NCBI RefSeq assembly: GCF_021869535.1
Contig: NW_026262712.1
Coordinates: 53,568,001 to 53,632,000 of the forward strand
Source: Mytilus californianus
Taxonomy: Eukaryota
Length of the DNA stretch: 64,000 bases
Direction of reading: 5' to 3'
This document shows positions 22,536 through 33,011 of the stretch, in pieces (within the stretch, counting starts at the first letter, position 1; every line of letters begins with the position of its first letter). The position numbers and the translations under genes were made by a program. The notes under the pieces were generated by a model. The model was not told the DNA's origin. It saw only the letters and a program-made list of their open reading frames with translations, and searched no databases.

Positions 22536-25500
22536 TTAACAAGTAATAGATGTATATAAAATATTGTAATTTCATTACATTTTTTTATTACGACAAATGT
22601 GCAATTGACAACTCACATAAATCAAATATTTTGTTTCCCAAAATCCATTATTTTTTTATTTATTTTATTTGAACAAACAACTATTTTCATACCTGTGTAA
22701 CAATCCCTAGTTCTGCATCAGTAATTCCATTAATTTTGACAGATTTCAAGTTTTCCTCAGATGTCAAGTTATCGTTGTCGTCATCATTTTCCTTAACATC
22801 CAAGTGAGCCATCTCCAGAAATTCTTTTTCCTCTTTAGTTAAATTACACTTTGCAACCTTAACATAAATAGTAGAAAAAAATTGTTTAAGTAAAAATGAA
22901 CAAACGGTGATGCGTGTGATCGTCCTGTATATGCATGTTATATTTGTCACTGTACGTTCAACATGCAAACATTAATTTACATTGTGTGTTATTAAAACTT
23001 GAAGAAATTACATGAAATAATAAAACCTTCTACTAATATTCTACATTAACACAATCTTTCAACTTTTTTACTTAAATCTAACTGTTGAATTTGTGTATAC
23101 AATTGTAGAAATAAGAAGATGTGGTATGATTGCCGTTGCATTGTTTATATGATGATCTTTTAAACTGTACTTTTCAGAGTGGGGTTTGATCAATAAACAA
23201 ACATCGTATAGTAACCTTTATTTGTTTTTATATACGTGATTTGTATTATAATGGATAGTTGTCCTATTGGCAATCATACCACGTTTTCTTATTTTCATTT
23301 TAGATAATATAACTTTTAACCATAACTGTGCGTGGAATGAACAACTCATTATTATTTACTTGTTCTAATGCCATTGAAAAGTTTGGCCACTTGAAAAATC
23401 TTTGATGGGGTGTCATTGGTCTAGTAGATTAGTTAACTCTGTTGTTATATTTGTAATAAAATTCTCCAAGTAAACTTGGCCAATCTCGTGTGTCAACAAA
23501 TTGGGCTCTAAAGAATGTAACAACTGTCATATTAAATCTTTCTACACGTCCTGAAATTACCGTGTAAAAATGTTTTATGATACTTTTTAAAATTCTATAT
23601 TTAATGAATATAGCATCTTGAAGATAATTGTTCAGTATAGTAATGTAAAGTTATACCGTTTGTCTACAATGAAGGTAATCAAAAATAAGGAATATTCATA
23701 AAATAAGTTAAAAAAGGGGGAATAAGTCAGGGTTAAAAAAAGCCTAATTAAAGATGTAAACCTGGACCTAATGTAAAGACAATATATATTTCTCTTTCTA
23801 TTTCTATTGTAATGATTACGTGATACTAAATTATTATTTAATATTATAGTACAATTAAGTTTATTAACTAACCTTGTGATTGGGGATGGTACGGGCGACC
23901 ATTATTTTTCTTGTTTTAAACTCATCCATCATTGCACAAAGATCTGCATTGTTAAATTCTTCCCCGTTATCCGTCTGGAGAATCCGAGGTAGACCAAATA
24001 TGTACATAAATCTTAGGAGCAATTCGGAAACTTCTTTTGCCGTCTTTTGCTTTCAATGTCCACCAAAGGCAAGCCGGCTGTAGCAGTCGACAATATTACA
24101 TATGTTATTATATCATTTACATGGAGGCATCTTCTTTAAATCCATTTTCCACCGACTATTGGAATAGGTAGCTGGTATTAGTTTTCTAGTTCTCTGTGTC
24201 TTCGGTAAATCAACAGCTGCAAGGCATATGGAACATGTTACATGTTGTTTAAAAAGTAATCTAGTATTTTCACTAATTACGGGAAAATATGATTTCCTTA
24301 GTGTTTCACTTTTACGGTGATCCACTTTATGATTTTTGTTGGTTTCCACTATCATATCTTCTTTAGATAAGACTCTTCTGTGAGATTCTCCTACCTTTTT
24401 ACTTCTGTGGTACATTGAACAAGTATCGTCATCATACATACAGATGGCTAAATACTTTCTAATATTTGTTTCTCCCATTTGTAAATTTAGTTCCTCCTTT
24501 ATTTTTTTGGCACCCCAGCTGTTTTGATCAAATTTCTTTTTACATATCAAGTTAACCTCTTCCAGCACCGACCAAAAATGTTCCGGATTGGGATCATTTG
24601 TTTCTCTCTTCTTTCTTTTTTTTTTGTCTAGTAAAAACCCTTCATCGAGACACACACTCTCGTTTACTGGCATTTTTTGTTCGTACAAACTGCTTGTAAC
24701 GTCATAATGATACTTAACGTTTCAAACGTCCATACTTTCGCGAACAAACGCACTTTCGCGGAAAAACGCACTTTACCGTATTGAGGCATCGGACTTAAGC
24801 GTGGTTCATTTAATAGCACAGACCATCCCACTAATGCGTATCAAACCATCGCACGTTAGCGTATGCCATCGCACCTAAGCGTGACCATCGCGTTTTAACG
24901 TCCCCATCGCACTTTAGAGTCCTACATATATATGCCTTTGAAAGGGATGCTTTTATCGGTCCCATGTTGCATCATTACGATATTATATATTCGTTACAAA
25001 AATACGTCACTGTTTGTGATGTCCTGTGCATTCGTTAATGGAAGATGATCGTTGTTATTCTGCGGTTTACATGTTGTAACGACTATTATATTATTTATTT
25101 TTGCGTTTCTCTGTGCTGAGTGTTCTTTCGTTCGTTTGTGCTGTATATCTGTCACATAGTGTTGTCATTTTAGCTATATTTTTTAACATTGCCATATAAA
25201 CGAGAGGTTTGGCTAGCCATGAAACCAGGTTCAACCCACCATTTGTTATTAAAATGTCCTGTACCAAGTCAGGGATATGGCAGTTGTTATCAAATAGTTC
25301 GTTTCTATGTATGTTGGCGTTTGTTTTTGTTGCACTTCAGTGTTTCTGTTGTTCCGTTGTTTTCCTCTTATAGTTGATGTGTTTCCCTCGGTTTTAGTTT
25401 GTAACCCGGATATGTTTTCTCTCAATCGATTTATGACTTTTGAACAGCGGTATACTACTGTTGCTTTTATTTATCTTGTACTAAGATATCTAACGTGGAT

Positions 25501-25917
25501 GTTAGAAGTATTCCGATTTTAGAGACCACAAAACGTTTTTCTGCAACTTTTAAACCTCACTGGTGAAGTCAGTTAAGCGTGAGGTGAAGATCAGCTTGAC
25601 CTTCTTTGGACACCACGAGGCTATTATTAGTACACTTCCCCAGATATATCCAAGTCCCTCTAATAACATATCCTACCCCTCCCCTTTTTCCCTTTTCAGA
25701 TGCTCCCTTACTTTAGGTCAAAGTACCATTGATTTTTTTCTTTGTTTCTTAGAACGAATTTCATACAATGAACATGCAGAATTCAAATATATGCAGCATG
25801 AAATATAGATCAGATTGACCTACGTTTGATGAGAGCTGTTATTTTCGTCCAGGTGAACGTTAAAGCCAGTGGTATACTATCTTAGTAATGCAACAGGATA
25901 TAAACGACCTAAGCTTA

Positions 25918-26218
25918 TAGTTATGCCCCGCCCATGCTGTAGGTGTCATCATGTATTCGGTTTTTTCGTCCGTCCGTCAGTCATTCGGTCTGTCTGTTCA
26001 ACCGTCATTCTATAAGAACGTCCCGAAGTTTTTGATAAAAGGTAGTTTGCCATGAAGTAATTTGTCGCATCAACTTGAAATTTAGTACACATTTTCTTTA
26101 TGATATGAACTTATATAAAAATGTATGCCAAATTAGGATATTGACCCATATTTCATTGAAAATTTAAATGTGATAGTGTAAGCTGGCCATGGTGTCCAGT
26201 GGACACATATTCTTGTTT
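25918..26218 (-). mobile_element. HINE/pearl (CvA/MgE-like) non-autonomous element
   Basis: On the minus strand it begins AAACAAGA, has a GACG/GACA microsatellite near the end, and a GC-rich terminal segment ending GGGGCATAA. Confidence 0.6.
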
Positions 26219-27838
26219 CTCCTCTTAATGTATATGCATAGTTTCATAGAGATGTGTGATTGTATGTAAGATAGTTTCTGTGAAATGAACTTAATTAAGT
26301 TACCCAAACAAAAACCAATGAGCCGTGAAATTTAAGTCATGATCTCGTTGCTTAGGATAAATGGTCATACTTTCTAAAATAATGATCGTTTTTTTTTATT
26401 GAGTGAGCTCATTATGTTTCTAGTATAATTCATATCAATATTGGAAACACATTCTTTTGGGTCCTCCTTCTGTTGACGAAATAAGCATAGATGAAGAGGT
26501 GATGAGGGGTTCGAATGGAAATTTTCCCTCAACATTCTGATTTTTAGATAATTGATCAATTAAATCAAACCGTTTTACTTTTGTTAATTTTTAAGGCGTT
26601 TTTTGACTTTAAAAAGTAATTGTTCTGATAAATAAACCTTACCTGTAATTGATGTCGGTTATTCAATTTACATGAAGGACTGATAAAGACACTTCATTAT
26701 CAGTATCTTAGTACTTAGTACACATCTGGGTCATCGTTCGAATAATAAGTTATCAGTATATTTAACTTTGAAATAATCACAATTTCGTTGTTTATTGTTT
26801 TATAAAGGCAAAAATACTCCTTAGGTTTCGTAGCAATATATGCATACGTTTAATATGTTTAACGATTGAAGACTTTCCAACCTAAATCTAAAATGATAAA
26901 TACTTTGCTTAAGTATCTGACTTATCTCATATAAATGTGATGCATTTGTAATGATTTTCATTTTAGTTAATTTTTAATGAAGATAGTTTTTTTTGTTTGC
27001 TTGAGGGGGGTTAACGGGATTTAAACCATATTGCATCACTCATTTTAAATGCATTATTCGCCCGATACCTACTTAAGTCGCAAGTTTGGACGGCTCTTTA
27101 ATGAACAAATATTATAAGGATATTGCACATGCAATGCAGTGTTCCAATTACGGCCTGTACTATTAACATTTGATGCGGTTACCCTAATATGGGTAAGTTA
27201 TTACTAATAAAAAATAATCGCCCAACCGTAACGACACTCTTACTTCACCTGTAACGTCTTATGTTATAGCTGTATACCAAATATATAATCAATTGCCTCG
27301 CGTATCACAGAACACGTATGGACACCTAAAATGTCCAAGCAATTTATCAATTTCTATAATCACCAACCATCCCTCAATTGAAACGTAACTTCAACTATGT
27401 CTATAACTTTTTATGATACAGCTTCAAATCAAATATCAAACCAATAGATAAGGGCATTACAGAAAAAAGTGGGAAAAAAAACAGATTTTCAAGTTTCTAA
27501 GGGTGAATCGAAACTCAAACTCGATATCTAACTTCTTCTTATATATATAAGATTATACCAAATATCAAACCAAAAGCAAGTTTCTAAGGGTCACAACTTT
27601 TGCAGAATATGCTCAACCTGAAGAAATCTCAAACTCGATCTGGAATATCTTATGGTATGAATAGCTGCCAAATATGAAACCAATTGATATAAACAGTACA
27701 AAACGTGCAAAAAACTTACCTAAAGGACATATGAATGGACTGACGGCCAGAGGGAATGCTCATCTGCAGTCCCTTTTAGCTTCGCCAGTAAGGAATAATA
27801 CAATGGGATGTGGAGTATACGTCAAAGAGAAAACAATT

Positions 27839-28260
27839 ATAGCAATATTCTAGCAGCGCCTGCATACGGAGTATATATCTCCCAGTTGATACGATATTCA
27901 AGGGCTTGTTTTTCTTATCATGATTTCCTTGATAGAGGGTTCTGCTCACAAGGAAGCTATTAAACCATGAGTTCCCAGTGGTGAAGTTGAAATCATCTTT
28001 TTCACGAGTTGGTTGGCCGTTATGGAATATCTGTTGCACAGATGACAACGTATATGTTCCAACTGTCATAACTACAATCCCATTCCCTTTTCCCCGAATG
28101 TGAACTACCGAATTAGACTTTAAATAAATCACCAGATTTGTACTTAACACGAGCAACATGACGGATGCCACTTGGAAAGCTGGATCTGCTTACCCATCCG
28201 AAGCACCTGAGATCATCCCTTGTTTTGTTTTAGAGGGGTTCGTGTTGCTCTTGCATTAGT
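27839..28260 (+). mobile_element. Penelope-like element 3' RT/thumb fragment
   Basis: Translates SNILAAPAYGVYISQLIRYSRAC..YHDFLDRG, with a frameshifted continuation. Confidence 0.8.
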
Positions 28261-28962
28261 TATAAGTGTTGCTCTTCGTGCTTTTTGATTTTCCAATGTT
28301 TGTGTTGTTTATAACGGTAACAATCTCGTCTATCCTTTATCATGAAAAAACATGTTTCAATACCAAAATTTCCCATTCGGTCACGTTTCAGGGTTAGAAC
28401 ATTTTACATGACCGATGGTCTGGAATTTGGTGATGTCTTAGGGTTAGATAAGAGTCAATTACCAATCCGCTATTGCGTGATGTCTAATCACTTGATATAA
28501 CTTATCAACGTATTTTATAGGAGTAACATAACGGGTGTCGCATGTGGGGGGGGAAATGCTTACCCTTCCGGATCATCTGGGATCATCCCCAGTTTTTGTT
28601 GTGGTGGTGTTACTCAGTCTTGAGTTTTCTATGTTGTGTTTTGTGTACTGTTGTTTGTCTGGTTTTTTTTTTCTTTTTTAGCCGTGGCGTTGTCAGTTTA
28701 TTTTCGACTTATGAGTTTGCATGTCCCTTTGATATCTTTAGCCTCTCTGTTATAGACACAAACATCAAAAAAACATTCGACTCTTTACATATAAAACATC
28801 ACAAATAATAATACCGTAATACCTACAAAACTTAAAATGAAATGAATTCTGTTGTTCCATCAAACATAATGATTTACTTAACCATCAACATAATGATGTA
28901 GTACAGATTATGCAATGTATTGACACATACAAAAACTATTGTTCACAACTCATTCAAAATGA

Positions 28963-30606
28963 CTAGTTTGTCTTGAATACGGATATTGTTTTACCGTCAT
29001 TATTTGCAATGTAAACCTTAGATAGTTTCTTACTGTAACAGAATGCAAGAGGTTTGAACAAATTGTCTTTCAAAAAGATGTCTTCAAGGGTTCCAGAAGA
29101 TGTGAGTTTATGAATGTTTTGTGAATCGCGTCCAAGGACGTATATGTTGTCGGCATCATCTATTTGAATATCCCGTGATTGACGAAGATTGGGAGAAGTA
29201 TAAGTAAAAACAGTATTTCCATCTGACGTTATGCAGTAAATTTCATGATTGAATGAATAACAAATGTTTCCATTTGAGCAAACGGATATGAAGCCAGGAT
29301 AATGCTCAACTGTTTGCGCATTTATTGTTCTTTCGAAATTTCCGCATAAGTCTAGGACATGTATGTTTCCTTTAGCTCCTACAAATATCTTATCTTTTGT
29401 TGCAGTAACACCATCGGTTCCTTTTTGTTTCAATTCTATTTGTTTTAATATTTTTCGTCCATCTATATCGACGAACAGTATGTACGAATTATATGCACAA
29501 GACACAACAGCAGTGGTTGTTTGTTGTATTGCTGATATATCCCATGGTGCATATGGATAGCCGATAGATAATAAGAAGGTGTCGTTTTCATCACAAAAAT
29601 AAACTTTTTTCGTATTTACATCACAGAAAATCAATGTGTTATTGTCTGATATCGTGATGCCTGTTACTCCTTCCAATTTTTCTCCTTGCATGTCAATGTC
29701 GTAGAGATAGGTGATGGAGGTAACCTGACGCTTCAGAACGACTGGAACCTGTGACTGCCGCTGCGTGTATGGGTCAATTGAAACGGAACAAGGCGTGTAT
29801 TTCCATTCTATTGAACCGAGATCCGTTAAATTTTCTTTCGGGACTCTTTCGACGAACCAAAGACTGGTGTCTACAAACGATTCGGTTAGCTCTTTAACTT
29901 GATTTTCAATGATATCTAAGATTGGTTTCGATGAATAAATTGAAATAAACGCTTGTTTTTCAGAACCATGATCTCTTATAAATTCAAACACTTCTTTTTG
30001 TGTTTTTGTAGATGTTACCAAGTCACCTATATCTTTCTCCTGTCGTTTAATACCAGTGACATCTTTGTTTTTTAGTTCGGATAGTTGTTTAAGAAGTGAC
30101 TCTTCTAAAGATTCCAAACGCTTGATAATATTTTCTTTTGTTTTCGCTATTTGTTTTCGAATTTGTGTTTCTTCTTGTTCTATTCGACTACAATTTTCCT
30201 TTCGATTGGTGTTCAGTCTCTCTAATGCTTCTAAAATAAAGCACAACTGTTCTTTAAAATCCATGAACGTCTCTGATTGTTTAGAACTCTTTGATGCAAT
30301 ATCAATTGATGTAACGTTCTTGCATACTCTGTGATTTTTTGGCAAACATTCCTTACAACATACAATATCATGATCAACACAAAAATAGTCTAAAGGCAAA
30401 TGTTGATGCATCGAACAATTATTGGATAGATGAATGTTCTTCGGTAGTTTACCTATCTCAACCAAATGGTGACTTCGTGACATTTTTTGGACTTTATGAG
30501 CTTCTGTACATTCGGAACACAATGCCTCTTCACATTCGGTACACCATTGGAAGGCTGTTTGGGTCATACCACGTGCAGTGCATGGTTCACAATATTTTGC
30601 TATCAT
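28963..30606 (-). CDS. RING-less TRIM-like protein A: B-box1, B-box2, coiled coil, NHL-type beta-propeller (547 aa)
   Basis: B-box1 CEPC...CTECEEALCSECTEAH...HH; B-box2 CSMH...FCVDHDIVCCKEC...H; heptad-rich middle; propeller repeats (GITISDNNTLIFCD, PWDISA, DIQIDDADNIYV). An AG acceptor sits 4 nt before the ATG. Confidence 0.95.
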   Translation of the reverse strand: MIAKYCEPCTARGMTQTAFQWCTECEEALCSECTEAHKVQKMSRSHHLVEIGKLPKNIHLSNNCSMHQHLPLDYFCVDHDIVCCKECLPKNHRVCKNVTSIDIASKSSKQSETFMDFKEQLCFILEALERLNTNRKENCSRIEQEETQIRKQIAKTKENIIKRLESLEESLLKQLSELKNKDVTGIKRQEKDIGDLVTSTKTQKEVFEFIRDHGSEKQAFISIYSSKPILDIIENQVKELTESFVDTSLWFVERVPKENLTDLGSIEWKYTPCSVSIDPYTQRQSQVPVVLKRQVTSITYLYDIDMQGEKLEGVTGITISDNNTLIFCDVNTKKVYFCDENDTFLLSIGYPYAPWDISAIQQTTTAVVSCAYNSYILFVDIDGRKILKQIELKQKGTDGVTATKDKIFVGAKGNIHVLDLCGNFERTINAQTVEHYPGFISVCSNGNICYSFNHEIYCITSDGNTVFTYTSPNLRQSRDIQIDDADNIYVLGRDSQNIHKLTSSGTLEDIFLKDNLFKPLAFCYSKKLSKVYIANNDGKTISVFKTN

Positions 30607-31614
30607 ATTCCTAGATCTACAATATTATGAAAATATTGTGCATATCATTTTCTGAAGGGAATCTTTTCTTAAATACACTACATGATGTCGAAAGTATTTA
30701 GTTTTTGAAATATTCTCATACTAATAAAAATTTTAAAAGTAGGCAGGAAGGATGCAAGAGAGGAAATGTGTGTTATTATATTATCGACAGCACATAAAGG
30801 AGAGATACTGTAACGAATAAAACACCGAATATGTGTAATTCTTGAATAAGAAATCATTTTGATTTAAATCAATGTTGAAGTCTTCTTTTCAAAGGTCGAA
30901 AAGAGGGAGGAGGTCTTTCTCCTAATTGAACTAAACTGTACAATCTAAATTAATTTATAACGATTACGTAATATAATTATCGTTTTCATTGGGTTAATTT
31001 TGAATGATGATTTTAAAAGTATTTGTTCTGAAAATAAAACATACCTGTGAACTGTGTCAGTTGGTAAAATTACATGAAGGACTGATAAAGACATTACATT
31101 ATCAGTAGTTAAGTACACAAGTTTTTATAAACTGGTCGTGTTAAGTGTACCTGCGAGAATTATTTCCATGACAACATGATCTTTTAATTAATTTTGAATG
31201 AAAAAGAGGCGAAAAAAGCATACACTACTGAACGAAAAAATATTGTGTTATATGTTTCTTGTGATAACCAATGGTGAATCAGTAAATTCTGTAAAATATT
31301 ATAAAATCAAAGATGGAAATAATACAGAATAAATAGAGAAAAAATCTTCCAAACCAACAAATAAAAAAAAAATATGGAAAATTGTCTTTGATTATATCTT
31401 AAACCATTGTCGTGACGTCAGCCTATTCATTTACCGTGGATTCATTTTCTAGAATCAACGCTTTCTAAATCTGTCGCTGAAATGGATTAACCAAATTATA
31501 TTCAATTGTTTCCTTTGTGTGCCTAATTTCATTAGGTTTGAATAGCTAATTTACTGATTTCTATTCACTAATGGAATTAATTAAAAAACTGACCTTTAAT
31601 TTTTGTAATTTTTA

Positions 31615-31910
31615 CATGCCTTCACTGGGGATCGAACCCGTTCTTGAAATCTGTTATGTGTGACTGACATCAACATATCGACGAAACCTCTCGGCTACCA
31701 ATTGGTTACAATTTAAATGTCTATTTTATATATATAAATGAACCTATGATATACATCGGTACAACGGACACACAGGGCTTGTACCTTTATATATACATAT
31801 TAGGCAATCGTATAGTATAAGTTGGAAGCCGCGAGATTAGCATGGTTAAGATCAAAAAGTAAAAGAGTCAAGTTAAAGGTAGTGAATTGTCGGTTTAGGT
31901 TCGAATCCCT
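31615..31910. repeat. Back-to-back pair of tRNA-like A/B-box units
   Basis: Minus unit: TAGCCGAGAGG (~31698-31688) and GGTTCGATCC (31638-31629). Plus unit: TAGCATGGTTAAG (31838-31850) and GGTTCGAATCC (31898-31908). No cloverleaf. Confidence 0.5.
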
Positions 31911-32927
31911 GTATTCTCTTTGTTGTCCCTATTCTTTAGTTTTCCTGATTTTTTTCTTATTTTGTATGTTATTGTGGATATTTTTGTAATAATAGTGAGT
32001 TTTACCGTTTAATTTTGGATTATCATTGGCTATTTCACATATTTGAAACGAAAATGATTACATTCAATTTGTCCATTTTTGTTTTATAGATATATAGTAA
32101 GATTTCATCTGTTTTACTTCATAATTTTACAAATGTTTATTCGCAAATTCCTATGCGAGTAAATCGTGATGTGCCTAGAATTAGGCTTCTTGCTAGAAAT
32201 TTCGGTAACATACTTATTATGTAGACTTTATATATGCTCTTTGGTCAGGTTGTTGTCTCTTTGACACATTCCCCATTTCCATTCTCAATTTTATTAGAAA
32301 TAAGTTCGAATATATCTTAATTGGTAAACACAGATAATATTCAGATGCCTGATAATTTAGAGACAGACGTGTAATGTTATATTTGTATTTTTCTAACCAA
32401 TTAGTTGTGATCTTATATTTAGTAATGCATCGTTGAACATAATACCATGGTTAAACTCATTAACAATACCTTCTAATTAAGAAAAGGCTTTAATTTTGAA
32501 AAGATATCAACACAATAGTTTAAGTTATAGATACAATGGATAAGCGTTGATTCATGAAAAACAAACCATTCGCCCTCCGGGCTCATGGTTTCTTTTTTCA
32601 AGAATCAACGCTTTTTTAGTGTATATATTACATAACACAAAAAACTGTAATAAAATTGTCTTTGATTATATCATAACACAGAAAACTGCATAAAAAATCC
32701 CGACGAACTCTTTTCAGAGTAAACCAAAGTGCTTCGGAAGAAAACAGAATTGTTACTTAATATGTTGTACTTCTTGGAATTATACATTCTGAATATATAT
32801 CTAAATTTCACACACATAACTCTAATAAGCCTGTAATGTCACAGTACCCAAATACTGTTCTATAATTGCAACAATTTGTATTTTAATGATTCGACATTAT
32901 ACACGTCTTTCAACATAGGTAAATATT

Positions 32928-33011
32928 ATTAGTTACATGGTGTGTTAGTGATCTAATACGATATATATGGGGTATATATCGTATTAGGTCACTAGCACAC
33001 CGTGTAACGAA
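32928..33011. repeat. Near-perfect hairpin (collapsed MITE)
   Basis: GTTACATGGTGTGTTAGTGATCTAATACGATATATA pairs with TATATATCGTATTAGGTCACTAGCACACCGTGTAAC around a 5-nt loop. Confidence 0.75.

Larger units (their letters stand above)
19793..24673 (-). pseudogene. Multi-exon HHCC + DD(35)E integrase-like transposase (KRBA2/SCAND3-like core), about 656 aa when repaired
   Basis: Exons 24673-23873, 23550-23360, 22857-22693, 22141-22073, 21876-21748, 21550-21476, 21287-21159, 20502-20386 and 20087-19793 all have GT-AG borders and compatible phases. Motifs: HKVDH...CSIC, WKMDL, QTDNGEEF, GRPYHPQSQG|RVERFN. Six in-frame stops and two 1-nt frameshifts. Confidence 0.85.
19417..24926 (-). mobile_element. 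Ginger2/TDD-like integrase-type DNA transposon, 5510 bp
   Basis: Perfect 23-bp TIR TGTAGGACTCTAAAGTGCGATGG at 19417-19439 and 24904-24926 (TG...CA ends). Flanks are CATA/TATA (4-bp TSD, one mismatch). Subterminal CGCTAAAGTGCGATGG arrays occur at both ends, and an integrase gene lies inside. Confidence 0.88.

Noticed and set aside
25189-25522. Cys/Phe-rich short ORFs here and at 28542, 35109, 38423, 51292, 52513 and 58842
   Set aside because: They are chance translations of dispersed repeats or MITEs that recur in the window.
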